64,000 nucleotides of DNA from an uncultured Acidobacteriota bacterium (GCA_963796275.1 CAWCKY010000001.1:896001-960000), one strand, 5' to 3'; counted from the first letter of the stretch, positions 42,287-54,449 are shown. The notes: generated from the letters alone by a model not told the origin. A program made the numbers and translations.

Positions 42287-43168
42287 ATGCCCGTGACACT
42301 GATCAAAAAGAGCGAGGAGAAGGGGACCGCGCCGCTCACGGATGGGCCGGTGCTCGAGAGCACCGTTGAGTGGAGCGATAGCCTGCTGGCGCACGCGCGC
42401 GAGTTGTTCAGACATCGTGAGTTGCTCTGGCTGATAACTCAGCGCGAGATCAAAGTGCGTTACAAGCAGAGTATGCTCGGGGCGCTCTGGGCTGTTCTGC
42501 AGCCATTCTCCCTCATGGTCGTGTTCACGATCTTCTTTTCATGGTTCGCGCGCATGCAGAGCGATGGGATACCATATCCCCTGTTTTCATATGCCGCATT
42601 ATTGCCCTGGATGTTCTTTTCAACTTCTCTCTCCTTTGCCATCCCGAGTCTGGTCTCCAACTCGCACATCATCACCAAGATTTATTTTCCTCGTGAAATC
42701 GTACCGCTGGCATCGGTTCTCGCGGCATTTCTGGATTTCATAATCGCCTCGGGGATTTTTGTATTGATGCTTTTCTATTATCGGGTCGCGTTGACCTGGA
42801 ATGTTCTCTACGTTATCCCGCTGGCGGGGATCCAGGTCGCGTTCACCGCAGGCATATGTCTGCTACTTTCCGCTTTCACCGTGCTATATCGCGATGTGCG
42901 CCATATGCTGCCGCTTTTGATACAGATCTGGATGTTCGTCACGCCGATTCTTTATCCGGTATCGGTCGTGCCCGAAAGATGGCGGGCATGGTATCTGACG
43001 CTCAATCCGATGGCCGTGATTATCGATGGATATCGGCGCGCAGCCGTTCAGGGTCTGCCGCCGCAGCTCGGCTTCCTGGCAGTGTCTGCCATTGTCTCGG
43101 GGCTGTTGCTGTGGCTGGGGTATAAATATTTCAAGCATCTGGAACGTGAATTCGCTGACATGATTTAA
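42287..43168 (+). CDS. wzm: Polysaccharide ABC transporter permease (Wzm)
   Basis: [31 protein letters not shown] and FADMI. Confidence 0.88.
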   Translation: MPVTLIKKSEEKGTAPLTDGPVLESTVEWSDSLLAHARELFRHRELLWLITQREIKVRYKQSMLGALWAVLQPFSLMVVFTIFFSWFARMQSDGIPYPLFSYAALLPWMFFSTSLSFAIPSLVSNSHIITKIYFPREIVPLASVLAAFLDFIIASGIFVLMLFYYRVALTWNVLYVIPLAGIQVAFTAGICLLLSAFTVLYRDVRHMLPLLIQIWMFVTPILYPVSVVPERWRAWYLTLNPMAVIIDGYRRAAVQGLPPQLGFLAVSAIVSGLLLWLGYKYFKHLEREFADMI

Positions 43169-43171
43169 GAG

Positions 43172-43282
43172 GTTTCGGTTATCGGTTATCGGTTGTCGCT
43201 TGTCGGTAGTCGGGTGCCTGTAGTCGGTAGCCGGTTATCGGTAGCTGACAACCGATAACCGATAACCGATAACAACCGATAA
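43172..43282. repeat. Inverted heptamer tandem repeat (GTTATCG)n...(CGATAAC)n
   Basis: tcggttatcggttatcggttgtcg...gacaaccgataaccgataaccgataacaaccgataag, filling the wzm-wzt gap. Confidence 0.85.
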
Positions 43283-43288
43283 GAGGCA

Positions 43289-44548
43289 ATGAAGCTCATT
43301 ACGATAGATCAAGTTTCAAAGCGATATCGCATCAGCCAGCTCGGCGCCAAGTCCATGCGCGAAGAGTTGACGCGCGTGGGACGCCGTCTGTTCCGTCACG
43401 GAGATTTGCGTGAGAAGGAAGAATTCTACGCGCTGCGCAATGTCAGCCTGGAAGTCGAGCGCGGCGAGACCGTCGGATTCATTGGACCGAACGGTTCGGG
43501 TAAGAGCACTCTCCTGAAATTGCTCGCTCGCATCATCTATCCGACTCACGGCAGGATCACCGTGTGCGGTTCCGTCGCTTCGTTGATCGAAGTCGGCGCC
43601 GGCTTTCACCCCGAATTGACGGGCCGCGAGAACATTTTCCTTTATGGATCGATTATGGGGATGAAGCGTTCCGAAGTGCGCGACAAGTTCGATCGCATCG
43701 TCGATTTCGCCGAACTCGAGCGCTTCATCGATACGCCGGTGAAACGGTATTCGTCGGGGATGTATGTGCGATTGGGCTTCGCGGTTGCCGCTCACATCAA
43801 TCCGCACATCTTACTGGTCGATGAGGTGTTGGCGGTCGGCGACGCCTCTTTTCAGAGCAAATGCCAGCGGCGGATCGAAGAGTTGCGCCGCGATGGTATG
43901 ACGATCGCCTTCGTCTCGCACGATATGTCGGCGGTCGAACGGTTATGCAAAAGAGTCATTTTCCTTAATCAGGGAAATGTCGAAGCGGAAGGCGATCCGC
44001 AAGAGGTGATCCGCAATTATTTCGACACATTGTTCAGCAAAGAGGGTTGCGATGGACAGCGTTCCGTCTTGATCGATCAAAATATGAACGACCGCAGCGT
44101 CGAGATCATCGGCGTCCGTTTCCTCGATCGCAATGGAGTGGAGGTCGATGCCTTATCGACAGGGGAGCCGCTGATCGCGCAGATTGAATTTCACGCCGAT
44201 CGCTCGATCGAAGACCCCGTATTTGAATTGTTCTTTTACTCCATCGACGATCGGTTGCACTGCCATTACACGACGGGGTTGTCCGGCGAACGCATCCCAT
44301 TCCTGCAGGGGCGCGGCGTGGTGGAGATCGAATGCGATGAGCTGGGGCTGACGCCGGGTACTTTCAGGATAGATGCGCTCATCCAACGGCGCGGCGATAA
44401 CGCATCTTACGACTGGAAATCGCACCAATGCCTGCTCAAAGTCTTGCCGGGGAAGAAAGTGCATGGACTGTTCTATTCTCCGCATCGCTGGCGCTTATTA
44501 CCGGCGAGCGAGACGCCGAAACGGCCGGAGGATGAGAGGTACATATGA
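43289..44548 (+). CDS. wzt: Polysaccharide ABC transporter ATP-binding protein with C-terminal carbohydrate-binding domain (Wzt)
   Basis: [27 protein letters not shown] and [10 protein letters not shown]; C-terminal extension. Confidence 0.9.
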   Translation: MKLITIDQVSKRYRISQLGAKSMREELTRVGRRLFRHGDLREKEEFYALRNVSLEVERGETVGFIGPNGSGKSTLLKLLARIIYPTHGRITVCGSVASLIEVGAGFHPELTGRENIFLYGSIMGMKRSEVRDKFDRIVDFAELERFIDTPVKRYSSGMYVRLGFAVAAHINPHILLVDEVLAVGDASFQSKCQRRIEELRRDGMTIAFVSHDMSAVERLCKRVIFLNQGNVEAEGDPQEVIRNYFDTLFSKEGCDGQRSVLIDQNMNDRSVEIIGVRFLDRNGVEVDALSTGEPLIAQIEFHADRSIEDPVFELFFYSIDDRLHCHYTTGLSGERIPFLQGRGVVEIECDELGLTPGTFRIDALIQRRGDNASYDWKSHQCLLKVLPGKKVHGLFYSPHRWRLLPASETPKRPEDERYI

Positions 44549-44701
44549 AAGATATGAAAGATCGGGTCGATTCGCCACAATTCCGCAAAATTTCATGCAA
44601 ACGAACGCAAATATAAGACCTGCATCTTTTGTTTTTAGAAATCTCCTTTTTGCGGTTGTTATGGGGAATTTTTTCCGATGGTGGTTAATGAAGGGGAGGT
44701 G

Positions 44702-45616
44702 ATGATGAAAATCAGCGTACTCATCTGTACTCGTAATCGGGCTAAACCGCTCGATGTTACCCTGCGGCATGTTTTCAGGCAGCGCTTCGCCCCTGGATAT
44801 GAATACGAAGTCGTCGTCGTCGACAATGACTCGACCGACGAAACCAGGCGCGTTGTTGCGAGATATGCAATGGAACATCCGAACCTCGTGCGATATTGCC
44901 ATGAACCGCGCCACGGCCAGTGCTATGCGCGCAATACCGCAATAGCTGCGGCAGCCGGAGAGATAATCGTTTTTACGGATGACGATGTAATCGTGGAAGC
45001 GGACTGGCTCAATGAGATCCATCGCGAATTCGCCGCAGACCCGGCGCTCAGCTTACTCGGAGGCCGAGTGCTGTTGGCGCACGATGGGTTGCAGAAAGTT
45101 TCGCTGCAGACCTCCGATCAGCGGCAAACGTTCACTTATCCGAATGCCGGCTCTTTCCCCATGGGCGCCAACATGGCATTTCGCCGCGAAATTTTCGACC
45201 GCATCGGGATGTTCGATGTGAGACTGGGTCCAGGAAAATTTTTTCCGGGTGCGGACGATGCCGACTTCTTCTATCGCGCGCTGAAGGCAGGTTATCGCGT
45301 GCTTTATGCTCCGAATGTTCTCGTCTACCACAATCATGATCGCGTCGATGTCGAACAAGCCTGCCGCCTGGAATATGGTTATGGAAAGGGATGTTCGGCC
45401 TATCTGCTCAAACACGCCATGCGTGGGGACCCTTACGCGATGAAGATGCTTTATTGGCTGGTCGCCCGCATTCCCAGTCGCTGGTTGGGGAATGAGAGTG
45501 AATCGGACGACATACTGCGGCGCCGGCGGGCGCAGGTTCGCGGCATCTTGGTCGGATTGATTGCCGCGCCCGTGGTTATGTCTACCCGAGGGTTGGAAGG
45601 GCAAGTTAAATCATGA
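44702..45616 (+). CDS. GT2 glycosyltransferase
   Basis: [23 protein letters not shown] and GANMAFRR. Confidence 0.9.
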   Translation: MMKISVLICTRNRAKPLDVTLRHVFRQRFAPGYEYEVVVVDNDSTDETRRVVARYAMEHPNLVRYCHEPRHGQCYARNTAIAAAAGEIIVFTDDDVIVEADWLNEIHREFAADPALSLLGGRVLLAHDGLQKVSLQTSDQRQTFTYPNAGSFPMGANMAFRREIFDRIGMFDVRLGPGKFFPGADDADFFYRALKAGYRVLYAPNVLVYHNHDRVDVEQACRLEYGYGKGCSAYLLKHAMRGDPYAMKMLYWLVARIPSRWLGNESESDDILRRRRAQVRGILVGLIAAPVVMSTRGLEGQVKS

Positions 45617-46315
45617 GTTCAGCTTTGAAAGTTCGCCATCCGCAGCGCGTCTATTTCGAGCGGATCGTGAAAACTCTGAATAAACAGGATTGCTGGCTCG
45701 ATATCGGATGCGGCCGGCAGCTAGTGCCCTGGTGGTTGCCGGGAAATAGCGAGTTGGTATCGGAATTGAGAGATCGCGCCCGGTGGCTGGTTGGAGTCGA
45801 CCCGGACCTCGAGGCGCTGCGCGATAACCAGGCGTGTCATTTGAGGTTGAAAGCCGATACGTCAGCGCTCCCATTCGCCGACGGCAGCTTCGACCTCGTT
45901 ACGAGCAACATGGTCTTCGAGCATGTAGAAAACCCGGAGGCGATTCTGCGCGAAATACGACGGATTTTACGTGAGGGCGGAAGACTGATCGTGCTCACGC
46001 CCAACTGGTTGGATATCGTAACGATTGCTGCACGAGCGGTGCCCAATAGTCTGCATCCCGCCTTCGTCTCTAAGATCGAGGCTCGCGGCAAAGAGGATGT
46101 TTACCCGACGCATTTTCGTTTCAACCGCCGAAGCTCGGTCGAGAAGATGCTGCTCGATGCGCGGTTCGGTTATCGCCGGATCGATCTCCTGGATCAACCT
46201 GATACGTATCCGCACGTGCCAGTTTTTGCGCGTATCGAATCAGCATGGGCATGGGCTGGCACGGCGGTGGCCGGCATTGCGCGGGACTCTGCTTATCGAA
46301 GCTGAGGCTGCATGA
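45613..46315 (+). CDS. Class I SAM-dependent methyltransferase (probable +1 frameshift near 46247)
   Basis: [17 protein letters not shown] and FEHV. Removing one G from gcatgggcat gives ...[25 protein letters not shown], ending at 46315 in an ATGA overlap with the next gene. Confidence 0.8.
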
Positions 46316-47307
46316 AAATCGACATTATCATCGCGACCTTCAATCGAGCCGAACTACTTAAGCGAGCGGTAGACAGCATTCTGTCAGCCAGGCGAGGGCG
46401 AGACTACGAGTTCATGGTTACAGTCGTTGATAACAATTCATCGGATGACACGCCGCAGGTTGTCGAGTTGTTGAGGCGAGAATCGCAGGATAAGGTGCGC
46501 TATCTCTTCGAGCCTCGCCAGGGAAAGTCATACGCGGTCAACACGGGAATTGCTTTAACCAGCGGCCACATCATCGCCTTCGCCGATGATGACGAGGTTG
46601 TGTGCTACGACTGGCTCGAATCGATCTACCGGGCCATTATCGATGGCTACGATTACGTGACCGGCCCGATTTTTGGGGAATGGGAGATCGATCCGCCCGC
46701 CTGGTACGATGATCGTCTGCACGGCGTCCTGTCGCTGTTCGACGGAGGGGATCAGTTGGTGCCCCACTTCATGGCTGATTCGCTGCATAGTTTTTCAGGA
46801 GGCAATGGTGCGATCCGGCGCAATGTTTTGGAGAGCATCGGGGGGTATAACGCCGGGTTGGGGAAAATCGCGGGCGAATTCAGGATGTGCGAAGACGGCG
46901 AACTTTTCATTCGTCTTAAGCGCGGGAGATATATGGGTGCTTACGAGCCGCGCATGAAGGTTTTTCATCTCGTCCCGAGCGATCGTGTGACGAAGCGTTA
47001 TTTTCGCCGCTGGCATCGCGGTTACGGGCGATCGGTGGGATTACTCGATACGCTGCACCCGGAAGTGGTGACTTACTGGCTGGGAGTCCCAGGGTTTCTG
47101 ATGCGGCGGGCGATTGAAGCGGTGCCGCGGATGATCGGCGCCAGGTTCCGCGGCGATTTGCCCGGGGCATTTGAGCAGGAATTGAATCTCTGGTTTATGC
47201 TCGGATTTCTCGGCTATAAGCTCTCAATCAAATCTCCGTCGCCGGAACAGGATTTGCCCGGAAATGATGTTTACCACGGCATAGGGAAAAATTTCGAGAC
47301 GCATTAA
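46312..47307 (+). CDS. GT2 glycosyltransferase
   Basis: IIIATFNR, VVDNNSSD, FADDDE and CEDGE. Confidence 0.9.
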   Translation: MKIDIIIATFNRAELLKRAVDSILSARRGRDYEFMVTVVDNNSSDDTPQVVELLRRESQDKVRYLFEPRQGKSYAVNTGIALTSGHIIAFADDDEVVCYDWLESIYRAIIDGYDYVTGPIFGEWEIDPPAWYDDRLHGVLSLFDGGDQLVPHFMADSLHSFSGGNGAIRRNVLESIGGYNAGLGKIAGEFRMCEDGELFIRLKRGRYMGAYEPRMKVFHLVPSDRVTKRYFRRWHRGYGRSVGLLDTLHPEVVTYWLGVPGFLMRRAIEAVPRMIGARFRGDLPGAFEQELNLWFMLGFLGYKLSIKSPSPEQDLPGNDVYHGIGKNFETH

Positions 47308-47442
47308 AAATATCAGTGAATCTCGATTGCATGAAAATGGCCGTTAAATCGCACGATTGGAGCACTCGAAGTCATCAGGATTTTCGTGGTTGACGCGGAA
47401 TCAGTGAAGATTCGCTCACGCGAAAATCCGTGGGCGAAATGT

Positions 47443-48387
47443 ATGGCTGTTGAAATTATGACACCCGATCCAGCTGTCAGCGTTATCATACCGGCTTATA
47501 ACGTAGCATCTTACATCGCCGAGACGCTCGAATCGGTCTTCGCTCAAACATATCGCGACTTTGAGGTCATCGTAGTCAATGACGGGTCAACCGATAACAC
47601 AGAGAAGAGTATCGCCCCCTTCAACTCCCGGATCATTTATGTCCATAAACAGAATGGCGGAGTTCAATCGGCCCGCAATGCCGGTCTGAAGGCGGCGCAC
47701 GGCCGGTATTTTGCATTTCTTGACGGCGACGATATGTGGTTGCCGCGATACCTCGAAACGTTACTCGCATTGATAGAGAGCGATCCGGGGATCCATGCTG
47801 TCTATCCTAACGCTTACTACATCGGCTCACCGTACTTCGCCGGAAAACTGCATCAGGGAGTCTTTCCGGTTTCCGAGCCGGTCACATTCGAGCGTGTCCT
47901 GAAACGACAATGTTTTATCTTCTGCTCGGTGCTCTTACGGCGAAGCGTGATCGATCAGGTGGGAAATTTCGATGAAAAACTGTGGGGACAAGGCGCGGAG
48001 GACCTGGATCTCTGGCTGAGGATCCTGCAGAACGGCTATCGCTTCCAATTTACGACTGAGCCGCTGGTGAAATACCGGTGGCGGCATGATTCGTTATCAA
48101 ACAGCGGCGTAGGGATGATGCGATCGGTCATCCACGTTTACGAGAAATGGCGTGCGGATGAGAGGACAACCGCGAGCCAGCTTCAGTGGATCGAATCGTT
48201 CCTGCCCGGGCTTTATGCGCAGTTGAATCTGGCCCAATTCAAAGAGTTGATGCGAGCGCGCAACTATCACGATGCCGCGCCGCAACTCGAGCAGGCGAAT
48301 GAGTATTATCACAGCGCGAAATTGAGGTTGCTGCGTTCGGTGATGCATCTTGCGCCAGGGTTGGTCAGGCGATGGGCTATGAAGTGA
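47443..48387 (+). CDS. GT2 glycosyltransferase
   Basis: VSVIIPAYN, VVNDGSTD, FLDGDD and EDLDLWLR; start approximate. Confidence 0.9.
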   Translation: MAVEIMTPDPAVSVIIPAYNVASYIAETLESVFAQTYRDFEVIVVNDGSTDNTEKSIAPFNSRIIYVHKQNGGVQSARNAGLKAAHGRYFAFLDGDDMWLPRYLETLLALIESDPGIHAVYPNAYYIGSPYFAGKLHQGVFPVSEPVTFERVLKRQCFIFCSVLLRRSVIDQVGNFDEKLWGQGAEDLDLWLRILQNGYRFQFTTEPLVKYRWRHDSLSNSGVGMMRSVIHVYEKWRADERTTASQLQWIESFLPGLYAQLNLAQFKELMRARNYHDAAPQLEQANEYYHSAKLRLLRSVMHLAPGLVRRWAMK

Positions 48388-48391
48388 TGAA

Positions 48392-48476
48392 GTAGTTTTC
48401 AGTTTTCAATTCAGGTGGGAGGATCGATCGAAAACTGAAAACTGAAAACTGAAAACTGTGAACTATTTTCTGAGGA
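48392..48476 (+). repeat. (TTTTCAG)n-loop-(CTGAAAA)n hairpin element, copy 5
   Basis: Loop gtgggaggatcgatcg; tail ctattttctgagga before the TTG at 48481. Confidence 0.8.
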
Positions 48477-48480
48477 AGAT

Positions 48481-50286
48481 TTGGGAAATTTTCTGATCAT
48501 CGTTGCGCCAAATGAACCCCATAGTGAAGCGAAGGATGAGGCGGTGCGAATTTTCCAGGCCGGGCTGGCGCTCAAAGGCGCCAAGCCGAACGGTCTGATT
48601 GAGTCGGATTGGGTATGGGCGGCTTCATATGCCCGTCAGAATGGTTCCGGTTCTCCGATCGCAGCAGACCCTGAAACGGGGAGCTGGCTGCTGGTTGCCG
48701 GCACCTGGTTTCACAGCGATGGTTACGCATCTGGCGATGAACAGAGATTGCTCGCGCGGGTAATCAGCTTCGGACCTGAACGCGTGGCGCGGGAACTCGA
48801 AGGGTTTTTCGTGCTCGTTTATGGCGATGCGAAATCTCGCGAGGTTATTGCCGTTACCGATGTGGTCGCGAGCCGCCACTGTTTTTTCCGGACGGTCGAC
48901 GGTTGCCGAGCGATATCGACATCGTCGTTGCTGCTTGCCGGCTTGGGGAGATGTTCGCTCGACGTCCTGGGTTGCGAAGAGTATTTGCGGACGGGCGTCG
49001 TCTACGAAAACCGGACCTTCTTTCGTGAAGTGAAGAAGATCGGCCCCGCACGCATCGCCCGATTTGCCGGCGGAAGGCCGGTCATTGAGAGCCGTTACTG
49101 GAGTATCCGGGAGCTGGATCCGAACAAATTCGATGGCCGCCATGCGGTAAGCGATCTTACGGGAAAACTCGTCGTCGCCGCGAAAAAAATCGGCCGGGTC
49201 TTTCCGGTTTGCGATCTGACAGGCGGTTATGATTCGCGCTTGATCGTGGCTGCATTCCTGTCAGCCGGCGTGAACTTTGAGACGACTGTAGCAGGGAGCG
49301 CCGAGAGCAGCGATTGTATAGTCTCGGGCGGGCTCTCGAAGATCACCGGGATACCGCATTGGCATCTCGAATACGAGACCCGTTACTCGCACGGTCTGCT
49401 CAACCAGGCGCTGCGGTTGACTGATGGCGGGTATGACGTGGTCGATTACGCACGCATTTTTTCGTTGCATAACCGGCTCTCATCGAAATTCGAAATGAGC
49501 ATCAATGGCTCCTTCGGCGAGCTGGCGCGCGGCTACTGGTGGGAGCTGCTCTGGCCGCATATAGGAAAGCGGGCACCGTTCGATGCGCGGAAAATTGCGG
49601 CCCATCGCTATGTCGTGGACCCCAGCAGCCCTCAGCTTTTTTTTGAGGAAGCGAATGGAAAGGATTTTGTCGGTCATATAACAGGCGTGATAGAGCGAGC
49701 TAACGTGGGGCTGGATGGGTGGCCCAACACTGCGAAGATGGATAACACCTATCTGGAATTACGCATGCAGTATTGGCAGGGGAGGATCGCGAGCAGCACC
49801 GATCAGATTTGGCCCTGTCTCTCACCGTTTATGCTCCGGTCGGTTTTGGAGACGATGCTGCAAACCAGACCCCTGATGCGCCATCGCAACCTGCTTGTGC
49901 GCATGGTGCTCGAGAAGCTACAGCCCGAATTGGCAGCTTATCCGCTCGATCCTGGCTATTGGTCGATGCCGCTGACGTGGCGGACGTGGCCACTGTTCCT
50001 GCCGGCTTTGCTTAGTTATGGCAGGAAATCGAAAGCGGCCCGCCGGCTACTTGGCGGGAGAGTCGGGCAAGCGGCATCTGCCGGTGTTGAACCGTTACGG
50101 ATCCAGATCTGGCGGGAACCCGAAGTCGGGGACATGCTCGACCCAGGGAAAATGCGGTTGTCCGAATTGATCGATGTGAATGGTCTCCGGCGGTTCCTCA
50201 ACGCATCGCGAGAGCTGCGTTTTCGCTACGATCGACAATGGAACCGCATATTAAGCCTGGAGATGGCATTGCACGATGTGCTATGA
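48481..50286 (+). CDS. Asparagine synthetase-like protein (PP-loop amide ligase) without the N-terminal catalytic Cys
   Basis: LEGFFVLV, DLTGGYDSR, INGSFGELARG and LSPFM; the N-terminus lacks MCG. Confidence 0.72.
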   Translation: MGNFLIIVAPNEPHSEAKDEAVRIFQAGLALKGAKPNGLIESDWVWAASYARQNGSGSPIAADPETGSWLLVAGTWFHSDGYASGDEQRLLARVISFGPERVARELEGFFVLVYGDAKSREVIAVTDVVASRHCFFRTVDGCRAISTSSLLLAGLGRCSLDVLGCEEYLRTGVVYENRTFFREVKKIGPARIARFAGGRPVIESRYWSIRELDPNKFDGRHAVSDLTGKLVVAAKKIGRVFPVCDLTGGYDSRLIVAAFLSAGVNFETTVAGSAESSDCIVSGGLSKITGIPHWHLEYETRYSHGLLNQALRLTDGGYDVVDYARIFSLHNRLSSKFEMSINGSFGELARGYWWELLWPHIGKRAPFDARKIAAHRYVVDPSSPQLFFEEANGKDFVGHITGVIERANVGLDGWPNTAKMDNTYLELRMQYWQGRIASSTDQIWPCLSPFMLRSVLETMLQTRPLMRHRNLLVRMVLEKLQPELAAYPLDPGYWSMPLTWRTWPLFLPALLSYGRKSKAARRLLGGRVGQAASAGVEPLRIQIWREPEVGDMLDPGKMRLSELIDVNGLRRFLNASRELRFRYDRQWNRILSLEMALHDVL

Positions 50287-51167
50287 ATTTATCGCGAACT
50301 CTCTGCTTCAAACTTTCAAAACGTAAGGTGCTCGCGCGGCGGCCCGGCGCAGCTGGGGAAAACCCTGCGACCTTCGATGCCGGCGATTACCACCGGTGGC
50401 GCGTGAATGAATTGCAGAGGCAGTTCACCGATCATTTCGAGACAGCCGATCTGGCGGGTTGCGATGTGCTGGATTTCGGATGCGGGAGCGGAGCCCTAAC
50501 CATTCTGGCGATCGAGGCGGGGGCCGGAAGCGTCACGGGCATCGATCTCAACGCCTCGCTGATCGAGCAGGCGCGAAATATATGCCGCAGCCGGCAGCTC
50601 AAGGGCCGGCCTCGTTTTATGGTTGCGACCGATTCGAAGAAGATCGATTTGCCTGATGGATCGATCGATGTCGCGCTCTGTTTCGATGTGCTCGAACACA
50701 TCATCGATTACCAGGAGATCATTTCGGAATGGCGTCGGGTTCTCAGAACCGGCGGGCGTGTATTCATCTGGTGGGTTCCGTGGCTAAACCCCTACGGTCA
50801 TCACATCGAAAGTCTGGTGCCGTTGCCGTGGGCGCACATTATTTTTTCGGATAGCGTCCTGATCGATACTTGCGCGCGGATTTACGACATGCCGGAATTC
50901 AAACCTCGCATGTGGGACCTGGATGAAAAGGGAAATAAGAAACCCAATAAATGGCAGGAGCTGGATCGCTTGCCCGATCTCAATCGATTGACCATCACCC
51001 GCTTCGAAGCGATCTGCAGGAAGGTCGGTTTGAAGATCGAACGGCGCGAAGTTATCGGGTTCGGGAGCTCGAGGGCGGCGCGCTTGACGCGCGGCTTAAC
51101 GCGCTTTCCCGTATTGCGCGAGCTCTTCTGTTCGCGCGTAATTTATTGCCTGCGGGCGAGTCAATAG
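50283..51167 (+). CDS. Class I SAM-dependent methyltransferase
   Basis: VLDFGCGSG, TGIDLN, FDVLEHI and RVLRTGG. Confidence 0.87.
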   Translation: MNLSRTLCFKLSKRKVLARRPGAAGENPATFDAGDYHRWRVNELQRQFTDHFETADLAGCDVLDFGCGSGALTILAIEAGAGSVTGIDLNASLIEQARNICRSRQLKGRPRFMVATDSKKIDLPDGSIDVALCFDVLEHIIDYQEIISEWRRVLRTGGRVFIWWVPWLNPYGHHIESLVPLPWAHIIFSDSVLIDTCARIYDMPEFKPRMWDLDEKGNKKPNKWQELDRLPDLNRLTITRFEAICRKVGLKIERREVIGFGSSRAARLTRGLTRFPVLRELFCSRVIYCLRASQ

Positions 51168-51323
51168 GAAAATTCATTACGACATCTAAAATATGAACAA
51201 ATTGTCCGAATAGTGGGGCGAGGGACGGCAAAGACGCGTTATTTCTCTATTCCGGTTTTTATATTTGATGTCATATTGAGCTCACTGCTATTGCGGTGAA
51301 TTTACGGTTTAGAAGTGATTGAT

Positions 51324-52487
51324 ATGAAGATCAAAGTACTGCACGTGCTCGATTCGCTCGGCATTGGCGGTATGGAGCGCGTAGTCATCGATGTCGTCAA
51401 TGGGCTCGATCCCAATGTGTTTTCTCAGACTGTATGCTGCCTCTCGCGCAAGGGTGAAGCGACTCACCTTCTGCCCATCGGGACAAGATGCATTGACCTG
51501 GAAAAGGGCGCGCGCGCCGATCATCTGATGCCGCTGAAAATTGCGCGAGTGATTCGCGCGGTTCAGCCGCAGATCGTTCACACGCAGAGCTGGTCCGGTA
51601 TCGATACGGCGATCGCGATGTTATTTGGACGCGGCCCGAGATTGGTTCACAGCGAGCACGGACGTAACCTCCCCTACATCCACTTCGAGCCATTGAAACG
51701 CCGGCTAGCGCGCCGTTGTTTGTATCATCGGGCCGACGCGCTATTCGCCATATCGAGCGAGGTGCGTGCTTTTTACTGCCGTGAGACCGGATTTCCGGTA
51801 GACCGCATGCGCGTGATTCCGAATGGAATCGACCCGCGGCGGATTGATGAATCCGTGAGAAATGCAAACGGCCGCAGCGTAAGAAGTGAGCTGGGGATTG
51901 GCGAGGATGACTTTGTCATCGGCACCGTCGCACGGCTGGATCGAACAAAGGACACGATAACCCTGACGCGGGCATTCGCCGAGCTCTGCCGGTCACGGCA
52001 GGAGCCGAAATTGAAATTGTTGGTGATCGGTGATGGCGAGCAGAAGGCCGATCTTCAAAAATATGCGGCCGAGCAGCGGATGAGCCAGAGCGTAATCTTC
52101 ACGGGCGTTCGTTATGACGTCCCCAGATTGCTCGGCGCAATGGATCTGTTCGCCCTCTCGTCCCTCTCAGAGGGGTTGCCGATAACCGTTCTCGAAGCGA
52201 TGTGCGCTTCGTTGCCGGTGGTAGCGACTAAGGTCGGCGCATTGCCCGAACTGGTTGATGAAGGTGTCACGGGATTTCTGGTCGAGCCAAAAAACGTAAT
52301 GGCCCTGGCAGAACGAATCTCTAGATTTTATCTGGGGAGCTTGCGGGCGCGCGATTTTGGCACGGCAGGCCGGAGAAAAGTCGAACGTGAATTCAGGCTC
52401 GAAAGAATGCTCGAGCGGTATACAGATTTGTATCTGTCCGTATTGAAGACTGGATATGTCGAAAAGGCGCAAAGGAGCAAAGGATAA
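51324..52487 (+). CDS. GT4 glycosyltransferase (PEP-CTERM-associated TIGR03088-like)
   Basis: GGMERV, HSEHG, IPNGID, GTVARL and [14 protein letters not shown]. Confidence 0.88.
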   Translation: MKIKVLHVLDSLGIGGMERVVIDVVNGLDPNVFSQTVCCLSRKGEATHLLPIGTRCIDLEKGARADHLMPLKIARVIRAVQPQIVHTQSWSGIDTAIAMLFGRGPRLVHSEHGRNLPYIHFEPLKRRLARRCLYHRADALFAISSEVRAFYCRETGFPVDRMRVIPNGIDPRRIDESVRNANGRSVRSELGIGEDDFVIGTVARLDRTKDTITLTRAFAELCRSRQEPKLKLLVIGDGEQKADLQKYAAEQRMSQSVIFTGVRYDVPRLLGAMDLFALSSLSEGLPITVLEAMCASLPVVATKVGALPELVDEGVTGFLVEPKNVMALAERISRFYLGSLRARDFGTAGRRKVEREFRLERMLERYTDLYLSVLKTGYVEKAQRSKG

Positions 52488-53048
52488 ATGCGTATTTCAA
52501 GAGTTTATACAAAAAGCGGTGATGCAGGTGAGACATCGCTGGTGGATGGCAGCCGCGTCAGCAAGGCGGATGCGCGCGTCGTGGCATACGGCGATGTCGA
52601 TGAGCTGAATTCCTGGCTGGGGCTCGCACGGGTCGGATTGGGCGACCGGCAATTGGATGAGGCGCTCGCGAAGGTACAAAACGAATTGTTCATCGTCGGC
52701 GCCGATCTCGCGAGCCCCTTGACTGTGGAGGTTCCGCGCATCGAGGAAGCACACATCGACGAAATGGAGAAGTTGATCGATCTTTTGCTCGAAGAGCTCG
52801 AACCGTTGCGCGAATTTATACTCCCAGGGGGGGCGAATTTCGGCGCCACACTGCATCTTGCCCGCACTGTTGCGAGACGCGCAGAACGCTCCGTCGTATC
52901 GCTCGCTGCGGGGATCGAAATCAACGAGCATGCGATCAGATACCTCAATCGTCTATCCGATCTGCTTTTCGTAATGGCACGAGTCGCCAATAAGCGTGAC
53001 GGAATGAAAGAGGAATCAGCTGATTTCAGCCGGAGAGGGAAAACATGA
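52488..53048 (+). CDS. ATP:cob(I)alamin adenosyltransferase, PduO type
   Basis: [38 protein letters not shown] and [10 protein letters not shown]. Confidence 0.92.
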   Translation: MRISRVYTKSGDAGETSLVDGSRVSKADARVVAYGDVDELNSWLGLARVGLGDRQLDEALAKVQNELFIVGADLASPLTVEVPRIEEAHIDEMEKLIDLLLEELEPLREFILPGGANFGATLHLARTVARRAERSVVSLAAGIEINEHAIRYLNRLSDLLFVMARVANKRDGMKEESADFSRRGKT

Positions 53049-54337
53049 GACAGATACTGATTTTCTCACTCTTCCTTCTCTTCCTTCCGCTGGCATTCTT
53101 CGCTCCCTTCACCGGCCTGCTCGGCTATATATCGATCGCATATGTCCGGCCCCACGAATGGGCTTACATGCCGAGCGTGCCGATTTCGCTCGCCGTCGGT
53201 GTGGCTACGCTCGCCGGTTACGTAATATTCGAATTGACGCGCCGCGCACCGCAATTGATCGCCAATGCGTTGTTGCTTGTTCTCTGGATGCAAATAACAT
53301 TTGCAACTTTGTATGCCAAGTCTCCGCAGGTCGCGCAGGGAAAGTTTGTAGAAATGAGCAAAGGGTTCCTGATCGCCTTGCTGATTACGGCAATGGTCGA
53401 TTCGGAAAGACGTGCGCGCTGGCTTCTGCTGACCCTCGTGTTTTCGATCGGACTGCTGGCGTTGCGCTCGAACATCGGCATTTTGCTGACGATGGGTCAG
53501 GCGCGCATATACGGGCCGGGAGGAACGTTTGAGGACAATAACGATTATGCGCTCCTGCTCGTCATGACTATTCCGATTGCCTACTATGTCGCGCGCGCGG
53601 AGGATAATCGCCGGATCAGGCGCGCATGTTACGCTTTTACTGTGATGATGATCGTCACAGTGATCTTCACCCTTTCGCGCGGCGGTTATCTGGGGCTGGG
53701 CGCCGTCGCCTTTTTTTTGGCGCTGAAAGCGAAATACAAGCTGAGTGCGCTGCTCCTCGTCCCCTTCCTCGGGTTGATCATCTTCGCCATCTCTCCCCGG
53801 CAGGTCAGCGACCGGGTAACCGCGATAAAAGCGACGGAATACGATGAGTCGACGCAGCAGCGTCTTTATAGCTGGGATGTCAGTTTGCGAATCATCAATG
53901 AACACCCGATCTTCGGCATCGGTCCGCGCAATCTGCTGCAGACCTATGACCGCGCAACCGAAACGAGAATCGCCCGCGTTTCACATAACTCGTTTCTGCA
54001 AATGGCCGTCGACGCGGGAGTGCCTGCGCTCTTGATGTTCATTGCCTTGATCATTCTCAGCTATCTGAGGCTGGAGAAATCGAGGAAGATATTCAAAGAG
54101 CGCGCGCCCGACTCTCCGCTGATCGCTTATTCGCACGGGCTGGAGGTTGCGCTTATCGGTTATTTCATATCCGGCAATTTTTTGAGCGGGCATGATCTTG
54201 AGCTGCTTTACAATGTGATTGCGCTGGCTGCGAGTTTTCGTTTGATTGCACGCGATCTCGAACGGGAGGCGGAAGCGCGCTCTCTCGGAGAGAATGGGCC
54301 GGGACGCGCGCTTGAGCCAGAGTTGGCCATGCGTTAA
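53045..54337 (+). CDS. O-antigen ligase-like / putative O-glycosylation ligase (exosortase A-associated type)
   Basis: Multi-TM; DNNDYA, TLSRGG, HPIFGIG and SHNSFLQ. Confidence 0.85.
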   Translation: MRQILIFSLFLLFLPLAFFAPFTGLLGYISIAYVRPHEWAYMPSVPISLAVGVATLAGYVIFELTRRAPQLIANALLLVLWMQITFATLYAKSPQVAQGKFVEMSKGFLIALLITAMVDSERRARWLLLTLVFSIGLLALRSNIGILLTMGQARIYGPGGTFEDNNDYALLLVMTIPIAYYVARAEDNRRIRRACYAFTVMMIVTVIFTLSRGGYLGLGAVAFFLALKAKYKLSALLLVPFLGLIIFAISPRQVSDRVTAIKATEYDESTQQRLYSWDVSLRIINEHPIFGIGPRNLLQTYDRATETRIARVSHNSFLQMAVDAGVPALLMFIALIILSYLRLEKSRKIFKERAPDSPLIAYSHGLEVALIGYFISGNFLSGHDLELLYNVIALAASFRLIARDLEREAEARSLGENGPGRALEPELAMR

Positions 54338-54449
54338 GCGGAAGAAGACCTATGCCAATTCCGAAGCGACAAAAAAACGGATATAACGATCGGTACGGAA
54401 AAAATTAGCTTTTCGTCTGTTTCGTATTCTTTCTTACCTTCCATCGCTT

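Noticed and set aside
48481-50286. Lasso peptide cyclase / RiPP cluster
   Set aside because: No precursor peptide, B1/B2 (PqqD-like or transglutaminase-like) genes nearby; the context is entirely glycan biosynthesis
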